Shown: positions 1 through 18,201, counted from the stretch's first letter. The stretch: DNA of 64,000 nt from Salpingoeca rosetta (GCA_033442325.1 JAWQFM010000013.1:962885-1026884); one strand, 5' to 3'. Numbers and translations: made by a program. The notes: generated by a model not told the origin, from the letters alone.

Positions 1-33
<33 letters not shown>

Positions 34-47
34 ACACAACGGCACAG

Positions 48-377
48 GAGACGTGTGCTGCATCGGAGTGGCAGGAGAGCGGGTGCTGTGCCGTGTGCAC
101 GCTGCAGAACGACTGCACGTCGTGCGTCAACACCCCTGGGTGCGGCTGGAGCTACGATCGTGCAGAGTGCTTGTCAGGTGCGCAGCATGGACCTGTGAAA
201 GCGCGTTTTGAAGTTGAAATGGGTTGAAGCTGAAATGGTCTGCACCCACGACATGCCGGACAGAAATGCTGTCGTGTTTGCCAACCGCAGAGCTACACTT
301 GCCCATCACATCACCAGCACCACATTCACGCGCTCACACACACACACACCCACACACGCACACGCACACACGCACAC

Positions 378-410
<33 letters not shown>

Positions 411-3400
411 CACACACACACACGAACCCTTTCACCATACCCACACCCACCGCGCAGGCGCGTACACACAGGGCAGCTGCGAGCCGACCACGTGGTACCA
501 GCTGCACGAAGCAAACGTGACACAGTGCCTCCACCCTCCAGGTGCCGTCTTCAACGACACCAGCGACAGCGTCGACACGGAGTAGGTTGTGCTTGGGGCA
601 GCCCGCACTGTAGATGGGTTCAGATGTGCACGTGCCATTCGAAGGATGACCCACCACACCTGCATGTCACTGCTCACCAACACCCTTCCCGCCACCATTT
701 GTTGTTCCACCTCCCCCCTCCACTTTTCCAAACACAGTGTTGTATTTGACTGGTGCAGCGGCCACGGCACGTACTCCTTTGACGACAACACGTGCACATG
801 CGATGCCGGCTACTTTGGCGCGGACTGTGCACGCGAGGTGCGGTGGTGCTGGCATGACGAGGACACGTGCCGCTGTGCTTTTGAGTGTTCTATCCTGTGT
901 TGTATTGTGTGGAAGTACATGTTCCTATTGTGTTGCCCACGTTATTTCGGCAATCAAGCTGACCTTCCTGAACACCATCACACCATCACAACCCCATGTA
1001 TTCTTGTGGTTGCAGTGCCCTGGCGGTGCCAGCAACCCGTGCAATGGAAACGGCGAATGCGACGCACTCACAGGTGTGATTGACCTGGTCACAGCTTGAC
1101 AAGATCACAAACGCACGTGGTGCATTGTGCACCCCGTCTTGTGTGATTATTGTCCAACACAACACCCGACGCGTTGTGTGAGGCACAATGAGCACACTCT
1201 GACCACCACCCTAACCCACCACTACCCTACTCCATCACCACCACCTTACATCGTTGCAGGCCAGTGCTACTGCGACTGCGGGTTCGCGGGCGCCAATTGC
1301 TCCATCACGGGCTGCCCGTGCACAGACGAGTTCTGCTTCCTCAGCGAAGATGGTGCCTGTCCCCTCCTGTGCGGCCGCAAGTACGTGCATTCGAGGACAA
1401 GAGGAGGAAGGGGTCGGGTTGGTGACGGGGAACGCGTGTGGGTGTGCGATTTGTGTGTGTGTGTGTGTTTGATGTAAGTAACAGCAACATCTGGTGCGGG
1501 GGTAGGTCTTGAACGTTGCATTCTTGCTACACACATACATAGAGACACACACTACACACGCACACGCACACACACACACTACACACTCACTCAACCGCCC
1601 ATCCACATGTGCGTGCACTGCAGCCTGGCAAGCAAGTGCACGGGGTCGGATGTGCTCGAGCTGCCCGTCGCCGATCGCCCCTCCGCCCGCATCGCCAGTG
1701 ACGCCGGCCGGTGTGCGTGCACGTCCAAGTTCTGGGGCCCATCGTGCAACATGACCTGCCCCGGTGTCAACGACGACGGCTCTGGCGACGTCTGCGGCGG
1801 TCTCGGTGAGCAATGCCACATGTGAACAGCGAGGAGCAGGACGGAGGAAGTTGTGTGTGTGTGTGTGTCGCGCTTGTATGTGTGCGTGCGTGTGTGTGTG
1901 CGCGCACACTGTATCGTTCGCGTACAATGTGCCTGCAAGCAAATCACGCCTACACAGCTGTACCGCCTTTGGTGCTGGTGTGACTGCTTCTCACACTGTG
2001 CAATCTTCTCTCGTTTCTTCGTCCAGGCTCTTGCAGCGTGGCGGATGGCACGTGCTCGTGCGAGCCCTGCTACGCACCCAATCCAACAACGGGAATATGC
2101 GAAGACGCGCCCTGCCCAACTTGTCTGGTGAGTGCAGAGGCTTGCATACACACACGTGTGTAAGCAGACATGTGTGCACTCGCCTTTGCCACCAACAGCT
2201 GCTCGTCTTGATCTCCATCGCGCTTGACAGTATGGTCGTCATCCGCTGCCACCCTCAATACCTCACACCAACAACCGGCCTGACCCCGGCTGCGCCAACG
2301 TTGCTTTTGTGTATCAGTTTGACGGCGAGTGCGTGTGTGTCAACGGAGAGAAGACGTGCAGCTGCAAAGGACAGCGCGACGGCGACACATGTGAGCTCTG
2401 CAACTGCCTGAACGGCGGCAGCTGCAACGCCATCACGGGCGAGTGTGACTGCGCTGCCGGCTTCTACGGAGACCTGTGCGATTTTGCCTGCACGCGTGAG
2501 ACCCTGTGCAACGGCCATGGTACCTGCAACGGCCCGCTCAGAAGGTGTGCACGCGTAGTTTGTGTGTGCAGGCGTACACGTGTGCGTGTGCGTGTGTGCG
2601 TGTGTGTGTGCGCGTGTGTGTGCGTGTGTGTGTGTGCGTGTGTGTGTGCGCGTGTGTGTGCGTGTGTGTGCATGCGCGCGGGGATGTGAGATCCCCTCCT
2701 TTGCGAACATATGTTTGCGGTTGTGCCAACAAGATTGTCTTGGCTGCCTTTCATGCATGCAACCTCACAAGCCACTATCATCACCGCCACCCTTGGCTGG
2801 GTGCAGATGCGACTGTGACGCGGACTATGTTGGTGACGAGGACCATCAGTGCGAGTTCTACTGTCCCGCCGAAGCCTGCCTGAACAACGGCACCTGCAGC
2901 CTCTCCAACGGAACATGCCTCTGCCAAATGGTGCGCAACATTCCCTGGCGCGCTGGCGCTGGTGGCTGTCATACTACAAACACAACACAACACAACACAA
3001 CACAACACAACACAACACAACACAACACAACACAACACAACACAACACAACACAACATATACAGATGTTTTCTTGTGTTGTGTGACTTGAAAAGTTGGGC
3101 TCCAATGGCCATTCGCAAACGCACACGCACATGCACGTGCTGATGTTCTTTGCCTTGACCACCTTCCCTCCCATCCTTCCTTCCCTTCCCTCCAGGGCTA
3201 CTTTGGCGCTTCGTGCCAGAACAACACGTGCCAGCTCGACCCGTGCCAGAATGGCGGGGCTTGTCGCATGGACTTTTTCAACAAGGAGTTTGGCTACACG
3301 TGCGAATGCCAGCCGGGCTTCGAGGGCCAGAACTGCGAGGTCAGCGCTTTGTCTCGTGAGTGCGTGTATACATGTGCATGTGTGTGTGCATTCGTGTGCT

Positions 3401-6400
3401 TTGCCGTGTATTGCTGCGTTTCCTTGAATATGTGCCTGCATGCATGTGTGGATCTGCTTGCTGCATCACGAGTTGGTTGCATCACACATGCCTGTGCCCG
3501 CTCCATCGACACTTGCACACTCACCCACTCGCTCACATCTCATTTGCAAATCATCAACGCAACAACAACATCCCTGCCACTCCCTGCATTCACCGCTTTC
3601 AAAACTGCCCCAACTGCTGCCAGGTTGACATTGACGAATGCCTGCTGGGCAACGACTGCTACGGCGCTGACTGCATTGACAAAATCAACGGATACACGTG
3701 CAAGTGCAAGCCGGGTTACATTCGCGTGACGCCAACGGCCTGCGTGGAGATTGATGAGTGCCGTGTGGGTGTGCACTTTTGCGACGAGCATGCCACGTGC
3801 ATGAATGTTCCTGGCGGATACGAGTGCGTGTGCAACGATGGATATGCCGGCACCGGGTTCGCGTGCTCCAACGTGGACGAGTGCGCACTCGGCACGCATA
3901 CCTGCGATGACCACGCAACATGCGCTGACACAGAAGGTGTGGCCATGTGTCGTGTGTGTTTGTAAGGGTGGGAGGGCTGTATGCGTGTTCGCGCGCATGC
4001 GTGTGTAATTATGTGTGCAGGGGTGTGTAATTATGTGTGCAGGGGTGTGTAATTATGTGTGCATAGGTGTGTGAGTGTGCATGTGGATGTGTGTGTGTGT
4101 GTGTGTGTGCCAGTGTGGCGATCTTTCTCCAATTCCTCGACCTCACCACTTAAACCCACACTCACATGCACCCCGCATGCACTGTTGTTTTATCACCGCA
4201 GGGAGCTTCACGTGCACGTGCGGTGACGGGTATTTGGGCGATGGCCTGACAACAGGCGTCGGCTGCCAAGGTGTCGTGCTCTCACATAGTTCTGTTGCAG
4301 GAGTGTATCATGGCCACACGCGCGCACATGCACATGCTGCTGTTGTTGTCAACGAGCTTCGTCTCTGCGTGCTTGCATGCATGCATCATTGAGAGGATAC
4401 TCTTCGCAGCTCTGAGCACGCGTCACCACTCGTGAACTACCACCACTCCCTGCTCGCTCGCTCGCTATGCTTTATCTCATTCGTTGCCGCCCCCTTGATT
4501 CCACACATGGCAGAATACTGCTGGGACAACCCGTGCATGTACGGCGGCGAGTGCACGTTCACGCGCGACAACTACACGTGCACGTGTGCGTCTGGGTACG
4601 AGGGCACCAACTGTGAGCTCAATGCCACCGTCTGCGCGGCTCTCTCCCCCTGCGCCCCCGGCGCCACGTGCATCAACGGCCGCGTTGTTGCGCCGGGCGA
4701 ATTCCCACAATTCACATGCAACTGCTCAGCAGGTATGTGCAGTGTGTGTGCGTGTGTGCGTGTGTGTGTGTGTGGGGGGGGGGTATTGCATGGTGTGTGT
4801 AGTGTATAGTATGTCTTGTATGGTGTGTGTGTGTGTATATTCTGTGTGTGTACTCTGTATGTGTGTGTGTGCGCGTCTTACTGTGTACATGCATGTGTCG
4901 TGTACACATTCGCGTTGTCACAATGGTGTGCCGCATCACCATACCGCAACCGTGTTATGTCTGAATACGATAGAGCTTGGGCATCCAAGCTGCACTGTAC
5001 TGCGACCAGCAGCTTCGACACAAACCGTAAGTGGTGGTGTTCATGTAAGCGGGTGATGGCTAGTGATGGCTTCTTTGCAACACATGCACGTGTAATTGCA
5101 TCTGTTGCTTCACCTCACCAGTAACCACCCACCCACGCACTCGCATACACACACGCACACACACACATGTTCACACATACATGCATCGCCAGCTGCTTGA
5201 GGGCAAGACGGCACCATTTGTGTTCGCTGCCATCGGCGGTGGTGCGCTCCTGCTCTTGATTGTCGTCGCCGTTGCGCTTCGACGCCGCAGCAGCAGCAAC
5301 TCCACCGACACAAAGGTGAGACCTCGTATGATGGAAACAAGATCTGGCATGAAGAGCGTGTGTGCGCATTTGTGTCTGATGCTGTTGTTCGTGTTGACAC
5401 AACTCGAAATCACCACGTACCATCGTCGCTCACACTGTTGTCATACCAATGCGCATGTACACATGTCAAATCCATCACCACCACTGCCACCCAATCAGAC
5501 TGCATCCGACATGGCTGATGACAGTACAGCAGCAGCAACAACAACAGCGGCGACTGTGGCACCAGGTGTTGGCGATGCACTCATGGCCAGTGAAGCAGAC
5601 GGCAAGGCAGAGGTTCTGCACAACACAGGTAAGCAGTTGCTTGTAGTGTTGATCGTAGGCACATGACTACCCAAGTCTATGAATGGTTCGCTCGTGTATG
5701 TGTGTGTGCGTGTGTGCGTGTATGTGTGTGTGCGTGTGTGCGTGTGTGCGTGTGTGCGTGTGTGCGTGTGTGCATGTGCGTGTGTTTGAATGTGTGTGTG
5801 TGTGCGTGTGTGCGCGTGTGCGTGTGTGCGTGTGCGTGTGCGTGTGTGCGTGTGCATGTGCGTATGTGCGTGTGAATGAATTTCCAGCCTCATCACTGAG
5901 CACTGACGCCCACCTATGCACGGACACTGCGTGCACGGGTTGACACAGACAACGCAGCTGTTGACGACGGCGATGCAAGCGCTGCAGCGTATGCGGACAC
6001 GAGTCAGCTGCGGGAAAGCGTGCTGGTTGAGGATGAGAGCGATGACGGCGAGGACGACTATGCGCGTGCACACGACGTTCGCGCTGGCGCTGCTAGCGAG
6101 GATGACTACGACAACACCCGCGGCGGGAACATGAAGAGCGATGTGGGCGATGATGACGATGACGACGACGACACATACGCATCAGCACACGCTGTTGGCG
6201 CGGTGGAGTCTGAGTATGAGGACGACGAGAATGAAGCCACAGAGCCCGCGGCAATGGCAAGCAAGCCAGTGGCGAACACCAACGGCGACAGCCAGACCAC
6301 AGCATCCTCCTCGTCACCATACTACGCAGTGAACAGCAACGGGAGTGTTGGGGAGCACAGCGTTCCCGTGTATGAGGCGCTGCGACGGAACGAGTCTTCG

Positions 6401-6448
6401 AGCGTGCTGCTGGCTAGCACGCTTGCAGAGTTTGCCGATAAGCAGTGA
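48..6448 (+). CDS. Single-pass cell-surface protein with PSI domain, multiple EGF and Ca-binding EGF repeats, TM helix and acidic Tyr-rich cytoplasmic tail (multi-exon, 5' end upstream of window)
   Basis: Spliced exons give [21 protein letters not shown] (PSI-like, ~48-177), [17 protein letters not shown] (~738-837), [38 protein letters not shown], and [35 protein letters not shown] (Ca-EGF, 3623-3936). TM segment [21 protein letters not shown] followed by RRR (~5218-5288). Last exon ends at TGA 6446-6448. Confidence 0.85.
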
Positions 6449-7264
6449 TGTGATGCGCCCTCCTGTGCACCTGCTTTGACTCTTGCACGTGGCTGTTGAC
6501 GTGATGCTTTTTGATTTGTGTGTGGTTTCGCGTGGGGAGTGGGATATGACATTGGCTTGCGATGTGGAGCAATGGTATTGGCTAGCTTTTGTTCCAACGG
6601 AAGTGCCCTCGTGCAAGGCGGGTGTGGCGGACACATGCGCTTGTGCAAAGTGATTGGTAAATGGATCATGGCCTTGATGTGATTTGTCGTCTGTTTAATT
6701 GGTGTCTGCACTGACTTGCTGTGTGGCTGTCTCTGGTCGGGTGTAAAACACGAACAGAGCCGGCAAGCACAACACCGGCAGCGGCGCTGTAATGGCATTG
6801 CATTGCATGCAAGAGCATTCACATACAGCAAGCAGCCCAACGCGACACCATCCAACAAAACACAAGACAGTATTGGGGGGGGGGGGAGAGAAGGGTAGTG
6901 TCAGCACGAAGACAAACAAACAAAGAAGGAAGGGGGGGGGGGATGGCCTGAGGCTGTCGACGAAAAGTTGGTGGGTTGAGGAGTTGGTCGAGTATGCGAC
7001 AACAAGAGAGCGGTTAAACAAGCAAGCACACAAGCGCGACGAGGGGCGGAGTGCGTGCTCAGAGGCAAACAACGAGTTGGCTCACGTACACATCACATCA
7101 TCCCACGCAACACATGATACGCCACGCATCATCAAAGGTCACAAACAAAACACAGCATCAAGTGCAACACGCGCGCGCGTGCTTGTTCAGCCGGAGTCAC
7201 GTCTCGTTGTCGACAACACACAAACACAGCAGGCACGACCAGGCGTCGCCAGGGGCGACGGTGC

Positions 7265-10053
<2,789 letters not shown>

Positions 10054-11046
10054 CTCGGCACACAACAACACGCAGTGAAGGTGGAGGGGAGGTTGGTGGT
10101 CGAAAGAGGAAAATGCAGCAGCGACCAGCACCAAGCAAACACGCGGTCGCACAAGCACCAACTTTGGAGGCTTGGAGGAGAATCTTGACGAATGTCTTCA
10201 AGCAAACACGAAAATTGGCCGTGCCTTGAAAGTCGTCATTCCCAGGACGAGAAAGCGACATCACAAAGCGCATTACCCATCCATCTTCTTGTTTTTGTTT
10301 GGTTGTGCTGGCTGGCTGTTCTCTTGCTGCAGGCACAACCGCAACTCCCACACACACAGAGGCTGACTGCTTGCCTGTTGGCTTGGTGAGTGGAAGTTGG
10401 TTGGTTGGTTTGGGAGTGATGTGTGTGTGTGTGTGTGTGTCACGTATGCATGTGTGTCACGTATGCGTGTGTCTTGTGCATCATGCATGTGGCATGTCTC
10501 GGTTTCTCGCGTGTGATACGACGTGGTGTGAATCATATGTCGTGCCTGAAACGTTAACAACGAACAACGAGCAACAGCGCACTTGTCATTGTGTGACCAC
10601 GGCTTTTCACAGCCAACCCCAGCAAGCCAACACGGTGGTGCCTGCATTCATTTCATTGTACGAGCCAAAGGCTCTGATTCCTTGCTTCATTTCACTCACG
10701 TCACCTGATTGGTTTTGTTTGACTGCACACACCACTGTGACACCACACTCCCACAAACAAACTTGCCTGCTTGACACCATCATCCACCATGATGAATGAA
10801 CCTGCGGCACCGGTTGCAGCACCCCCAAGGAGGTTTTGGGTTGCAGATCGCATCGGCCTCATCGACGACAACCGCGCGGGCGGCTGCAGCGGAGATCGTG
10901 CCCACAGCCACCAACAACAACAGCCTTTGTTCGCTGACCAGGAGTACGCTGTGGTTCTGCGGAGAGGTCAACGCCGGAAAGGAGACGCAAGGAGAGCAAG
11001 CAGCAGAAGAAGCCGGCTCTCGTGGAGTCAGCGACGCGCTTCCGTC

Positions 11047-13138
11047 ATGTCTGTGTTCTCTCAAGTCAAGAAGCACTTTAGCCGGCACAAGGAGCACGCG
11101 GCCCATGCGGGGCCGGCCTCAACAGATGTCGGGTCCACAGCTGTCATCGGCCGCTATGCTGTCCACATCACCAGCAAGCTCGCCGAGGGTGCGTGCATGA
11201 GTGAGTGAGTGAGTGAGTGAGTGAGTGAGTGAGTGAGTGAGTGAGTGAGTGAGTGAGTGAGTGAGTGAGTGAGTGAGTGAGTGAGTGAGTGAGTGAGTGA
11301 GTGAGTNNNNNNNNNNNNNNNNNNNNNNNNNNNNNNNNNNNNNNNNNNNNNNNNNNNNNNNNNNNNNNNNNNNNNNNNNNNNNNNNNNNNNNNNNNNNNN
11401 NNNNNNTGAGTGAGTGAGTGTGTGTTCAGACGAATCTGCTTTGCTCTCCATTACGTTTCATGCAAAACGGGCTGCTGTGTCATAGGCGGGTTTGGCTCTG
11501 TATTTGTTGCGGAGGATGACCAGCACCAACGTTACGCTCTCAAAAAGGTGCGGGGGCAGTGCGTACACGTGTGCATGTTTGGTGTGTGACTGTATGGCAT
11601 CGTGTGTGTCTGTATCTTGTTGTGGTTTGCAAAATTGTCTGCAATTGCGAGATGTACACGCTGTGCATTGCCAACATTGACACGAATGTGTGTGTGTGTG
11701 TGTGTGTGTTCATCGCTCTATCCTTCCATGCACAGATGCTTGTGCTGGACCAGGAATCTCTTGAGGCAACAACACGCGAAGTTGAACTGATGGTGCGTAC
11801 GTGCGCGTGTGCGTGTCAGGGTGTGTATGTTTTTGTGCGTGAGGGTGTGCGTATGTCTGTGTGTGTGTCAGGTTTTGTCTGAGAGTATGCAAGTCATGCG
11901 ATGTGCACTGCTTTGAGTGTCCGTTTGATGCCATGTGTTCAAACTACCGCCTCACTTCATCACCACCACCACCACCTCCACTGCCATCATCATCATGATC
12001 ATCATCATGATCATCATCGTCGTCATCATCGTCGTCGTCGTCGTCGTCGTCGTCGTGGCGCAGAAGCGACTGCCAGGACACAGCAACATTGTGCAGCTGC
12101 TTGCATCGGAGGTGAAGCCCAACGGCCGCCACGCCGAGGTGCTCCTCCTCATGGAATACTGCCCAGGTGCGACGACTCTGTGTCGTGGACTGTGCTGTAG
12201 TGGATTGTGTCATCTTTGTGCAGCGTGTGTTTTCATGTGATCGCTGAACTCGTTGCGACAGTCGTTCTGCCAGGGTATCGTTGTGCCAACCTGACCCTCA
12301 CAGCTATGTAACAACACAACACACACACACACACACAACCCCTCGCAAACATGTACAACACAACACACAACACACAACACACAACACACACACATACACA
12401 CACGCACGCACACCAGGTGGACATGTTGTGGACATTATGAACCGGCGGCTGAAGAAGCCGTTTACAGAATCAGAAGTGCTGAAGGTGAGGTAGCTGACAC
12501 CCACGCACATATGCTCATGGTGACGTGTATGGCTGCCTGTGCATGTTATGTGCGTGTCGTGTGTGGAAGTGTGTGTGTGTGTCTCGTGTGTGGAAGTGTG
12601 TGTGCGTGTGTNNNNNNNNNNNNNNNNNNNNNNNNNNNNNNNNNNNNNNNNNNNNNNNNNNNNNNNNNNNNNNNNNNNNNNNNNNNNNNNNNNNNNNNNN
12701 NNNNNNNNNNNNNNNNNNNNNNNNNNNNNNNNNNNNNNNNNNNNNNNNNNNNNNNNNNNNNNNNNNNNNNNNNNNNNNNNNNNNNNNNNNNNNNNNNNNN
12801 NNNNNNNNNNNNNNNNNNNNNNNNNNNNNNNNNNNNNNNNNNNNNNNNNNNNNNNNNNNNNNNNNNNNNNNNNNNNNNNNNNNNNNNNNNNNNNNNNNNN
12901 NNNNNNNNNNNNNNNNNNNNNNNNNNNNNNNNNNNNNNNNNNNNNNNNNNNNNNNNNNNNNNNNNNNNNNNNNNNNNNNNNNNNNNNNNNNNNNNNNGTG
13001 TACAGCTTGAGAATGTGCTGCTGGGCGCAAACAAGGGCAGCTTCAAGCTGTGTGACTTTGGCAGTGCAACAACAAAGGTGAGGACAGTACAGATACACGT
13101 GCGCAGATGAAAACGGACACATGCACACAGAGCGACGT

Positions 13139-13224
<86 letters not shown>

Positions 13225-15490
13225 CACGCCCCTCGCTGCGTGTGCAGGTGATTGTGCCTGGAGAGACAATGGCCATTTCGTTGGCGGAGGAGGAAATCGG
13301 GCGGTACACAACCCCGCAGTACCGTGCACCAGAAATGATCGACCTATATCAGAAACGCACCATCGACACCCGCGCTGACGTCTGGGTACGCGACTTGAAG
13401 AGAAAGGAGAGGGGTTCAGTGTTGTTTGTGTGTGTGTGTTATGTGTGTGTAATATGTGTGTGTGTGTGCGCGCGTGCGTGCGCGCGCGTGTATGTATAAT
13501 GTAATGTGTGTGTGTGTGTTTGGTGAAGAGAGGGGTGTGATTTGGCCTTGTCATGGTGTGGTTTGAAACATTTCTGACACCTCGTCACTGGGCACATTTG
13601 TGTGTGTGTTCACAGGCGCTGGGCTGTCTGCTGTACAAGCTGATGTTCTTCGCTGATGCGTTTGAGGACTCCACGCTCTCCGTCCTGAACGGCCGGTGCG
13701 GGCACTGTGTTGTGCGTGCTGTGCTTTGTGCTTTGTGCACTGTGTTGTGCGTGCTGTGCTTTGTGCTTTGTGCACTGTGTTTATGTGTGCTGTGTGCCGT
13801 GTTTTGTACTTGTGTTGTGTGTTGCGTGTTGCGCATGTCGTGCGTGTTGTGCGTGTGCACCCGAGTTTCGTGACTGCTGTGTTATTGTGTGCTCACAAGA
13901 TACTGCATGTGCATGCGACTGCCAACAGATACAAAATCCCGGATGATCACTCGTTCTCGCAGGAGCTCATGGACCTTCTTGGTACGCGAACACACACACA
14001 CACACACGCATGGTGCAGGTGGTGCATTTATGGTGCACACATTTGGAGCATGTTGACACTCAACCCATCAGTATGCACAAACAAACATGAANNNNNNNNN
14101 NNNNNNNNNNNNNNNNNNNNNNNNNNNNNNNNNNNNNNNNNNNNNNNNNNNNNNNNNNNNNNNNNNNNNNNNNNNNNNNNNNNNNNNNNNNNNNNNNNNN
14201 NNNNNNNNNNNNNNNNNNNNNNNNNNNNNNNNNNNNNNNNNNNNNNNNNNNNNNNNNNNNNNNNNNNNNNNNNNNNNNCGATGTGCACTGCTTTGAGTGT
14301 CCGTTTGATGCCATGTGTTCAAACTACCGCCTCACTTCATCACCACCACCACCACCTCCACTGCCATCATCATCATGATCATCATCATGATCATCATCGT
14401 CGTCATCATCGTCGTCGTCGTCGTCGTCGTCGTCGTGGCGCAGAAGCGACTGCCAGGACACAGCAACATTGTGCAGCTGCTTGCATCGGAGGTGAAGCCC
14501 AACGGCCGCCACGCCGAGGTGCTCCTCCTCATGGAATACTGCCCAGGTGCGACGACTCTGTGTCGTGGACTGTGCTGTAGTGGATTGTGTCATCTTTGTG
14601 CAGCGTGTGTTTTCATGTGATCGCTGAACTCGTTGCGACAGTCGTTCTGCCAGGGTATCGTTGTGCCAACCTGACACTCACAGCTATGTAACAACACAAC
14701 ACACACACACACACAACCCCTCGCAAACATGTACAACACAACACACAACACACACACACATACACACACGCACGCACACCAGGTGGACATGTTGTGGACA
14801 TTATGAACCGGCGGCTGAAGAAGCCGTTTACAGAATCAGAAGTGCTGAAGGTGAGGTAGCTGACACCCACGCACATATGCTCATGGTGACGTGTATGGCT
14901 GCCTGTGCATGTTATGTGCGTGTCGTGTGTGGAAGTGTGTGTGTGTGTGTCTCGTGTGTGGAAGTGTGTGTGTGTGTGTGTGTGTGCGTGTCATGTGTGT
15001 CGTGCACGTTGTTTCCAGATGCAAGCGTTCATGTCATAGCCTCATTTGCCTGCTTCATGCTCACCATCACCACCACCACCACCACCACCACCACCACCAA
15101 CACGATAACGGCTATCGCGACTCAATGATTATGATAACCACTACCATCCACCATGGAGGGAATTTTGCTGAGTGATGATGGCGATGGCGGCATTGCACAG
15201 GATTGATCATATGAGTCCACCGCGAAACTAGTAGCGGATGCTCCCGTGCATGATGATGGCTGTGTACATGTGTGCGAAAGAGTATAACTTGAGTATTTTT
15301 TGTGGTTAAGAGNNNNNNNNNNNNNNNNNNNNNNNNNNNNNNNNNNNNNNNNNNNNNNNNNNNNNNNNNNNNNNNNNNNNNNNNNNNNNNNNNNNNNNNN
15401 NNNNNNNNNNNNGGCAGTGCAACAACAAAGGTGAGGACAGTACAGATACACGTGCGCAGATGAAAACGGACACATGCACACAGAGCGACG

Positions 15491-15577
<87 letters not shown>

Positions 15578-16788
15578 CACGCCCCTCGCTGCGTGTGCAG
15601 GTGATTGTGCCTGGAGAGACAATGGCCATTTCGTTGGCGGAGGAGGAAATCGGGCGGTACACAACCCCGCAGTACCGTGCACCAGAAATGATCGACCTAT
15701 ATCAGAAACGCACCATCGACACCCGCGCTGACGTCTGGGTACGCGACTTGAAGAGAAAGGAGAGGGGTTCAGTGTTGTTTGTGTGTGTGTGTTATGTGTG
15801 TGTAATATGTGTGTGTGTGTGCGCGCGTGCGTGCGCGCGCGTGTATGTATAATGTAATGTGTGTGTGTGTGTTTGGTGAAGAGAGGGGTGTGATTTGGCC
15901 TTGTCATGGTGTGGTTTGAAACATTTCTGACACCTCGTCACTGGGCACATTTGTGTGTGTGTTCACAGGCGCTGGGCTGTCTGCTGTACAAGCTGATGTT
16001 CTTCGCTGATGCGTTTGAGGACTCCACGCTCTCCGTCCTGAACGGCCGGTGCGGGCACTGTGTTGTGCGTGCTGTGCTTTGTGCTTTGTGCACTGTGTTG
16101 TGCGTGCTGTGCTTTGTGCTTTGTGCACTGTGTTTATGTGTGCTGTGTGCCGTGTTTTGTACTTGTGTTGTGTGTTGCGTGTTGCGCATGTCGTGCGTGT
16201 TGTGCGTGTGCACCCGAGTTTCGTGACTGCTGTGTTATTGTGTGCTCACAAGATACTGCATGTGCATGCGACTGCCAACAGATACAAAATCCCGGATGAT
16301 CACTCGTTCTCGCAGGAGCTCATGGACCTTCTTGGTACGCGAACACACACACACACACACGCATGGTGCAGGTGGTGCATTTATGGTGCACACATTTGGA
16401 GCATGTTGACACTCAACCCATCAGTATGCACAAACAAACATGAAACACACAAGCGCACACATCCAGCGCATCGCCACTTCGGCACCTCCTCCACTATGCT
16501 CACACGCTTGTTCTGCACATCGCTCCCCAATTTGTAGCGTCGCTGCTTGAGCTTGATCCAGACAAACGAATCACCGCGCCAGAGGCGTGCAGGGTGAGTC
16601 ACTGATGTTGTACACACACACCCACACCCACACCCACACCCACACCCCCCCACCCCCACACACACACACGCAACCAATGCCGTTCTCGTGGTGCCCACGT
16701 GCGCTCGTGACGGACATTTTACCAGCCAATTCGACACGTTTCTTATGCATCATGTACCACTCACACCACACCCACCCACCCACACACA

Positions 16789-16879
<91 letters not shown>

Positions 16880-18124
16880 CACGGCCTTCAGCGGTGCTTT
16901 GAGCTGCGCGACATAAAGTGTCCCCTCGTGCTCCCTGCGCGCGGAGACAGACACTCAACGTCACCAGCCGCAGCCACCTCACACCACCGTGACCGCGCCC
17001 ACGAACATCAACACCAGCATCAGCATCAACAGCATCAACATCGTCATGCCGACAAGGGTGCAAGGCGGACAACACCATCGCCGCACGCCTGCATCTCTTC
17101 TCCACAGACACCGCCCGTGAGTGAACACACACACACACACACACTTGTGTGCATCATGCTCATGAACCTTAAGTTTGCGTGCGTGTACGAGCTTGGTTCC
17201 TTCTGCTGTTCCTCTCCTTCCTTTCTTCTTCTTCGTTCTTCTTCGTTCTCCTTCATGGCAATCCACAGCTCATCTTCTCTCCCCACCCTGCCTTGATCCA
17301 CAATACACTCACGCCATTATTGCCTTGTTCTCCCCCCCCCCTGAATCACCACAGCAACCCGCGGATCCGTTTGCATCAACGCCTGCCCGCGTCCCCATGG
17401 GTCGCATACACCACCACGAGCACAACAAGCATAACAGCGACGACCAACACCAACACCAACACCAACACCAACACCAACACCAAGAACAGCAGCAGCAGCA
17501 ACATCAGCAGCATGACGCGATACAACGACCCTCGCGCAAGGGCCACGCTCGTTCCGCCAGCAACCCGTTTGCCAACCCCATGCACGACGAGCCAGAGTGG
17601 CCGACGACACCAGAGGGCCAGGTCATTCGTGCAAATGCACACGCGCACGCACACGCACCGCAGACGGCGCCGCCAGCAGCCCACGCCCGCAAGGCACGCA
17701 CGCTCGCGAAGGCAGCATCGGTTGATGCGGCGAGTGCACACGCGGTGGATGGTGAAGCCGCATTGGGGTTTGCCACGCCGCCGTTTGCTGCCGACCACAC
17801 GCACACGCCTGCGACTGCGATCGCGAACGGAGAAAAGCGCCGCGCACCCAACACAGCGATTGGCATCCGGCACAAGCGACAACCGAGCAACCCGTTTGAA
17901 GCGGCAGCCAGGATGGGCAGTGGCACTGGTGATGATGGTGATAATGATGGTGATGATCATGATGGTGATAATGATGGTGATGATCATGATGGTGATGATG
18001 ATATCAAGGCAGTCGGGTCATCAACGAAAGGAGTGCTGCTCTCCTCCTCTAATGGCAGCGGCGTTGCATCTAATCCATTCACCCCAATCGGCACGCGGTG
18101 AGAGAACGTGTACATGCGGGCTTG

Positions 18125-18201
<77 letters not shown>

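Noticed and set aside
48-6448. Calling the EGF protein Notch, Delta or a receptor tyrosine kinase
   Set aside because: No LNR, ankyrin, DSL or kinase domain visible; the tail is short and non-catalytic.
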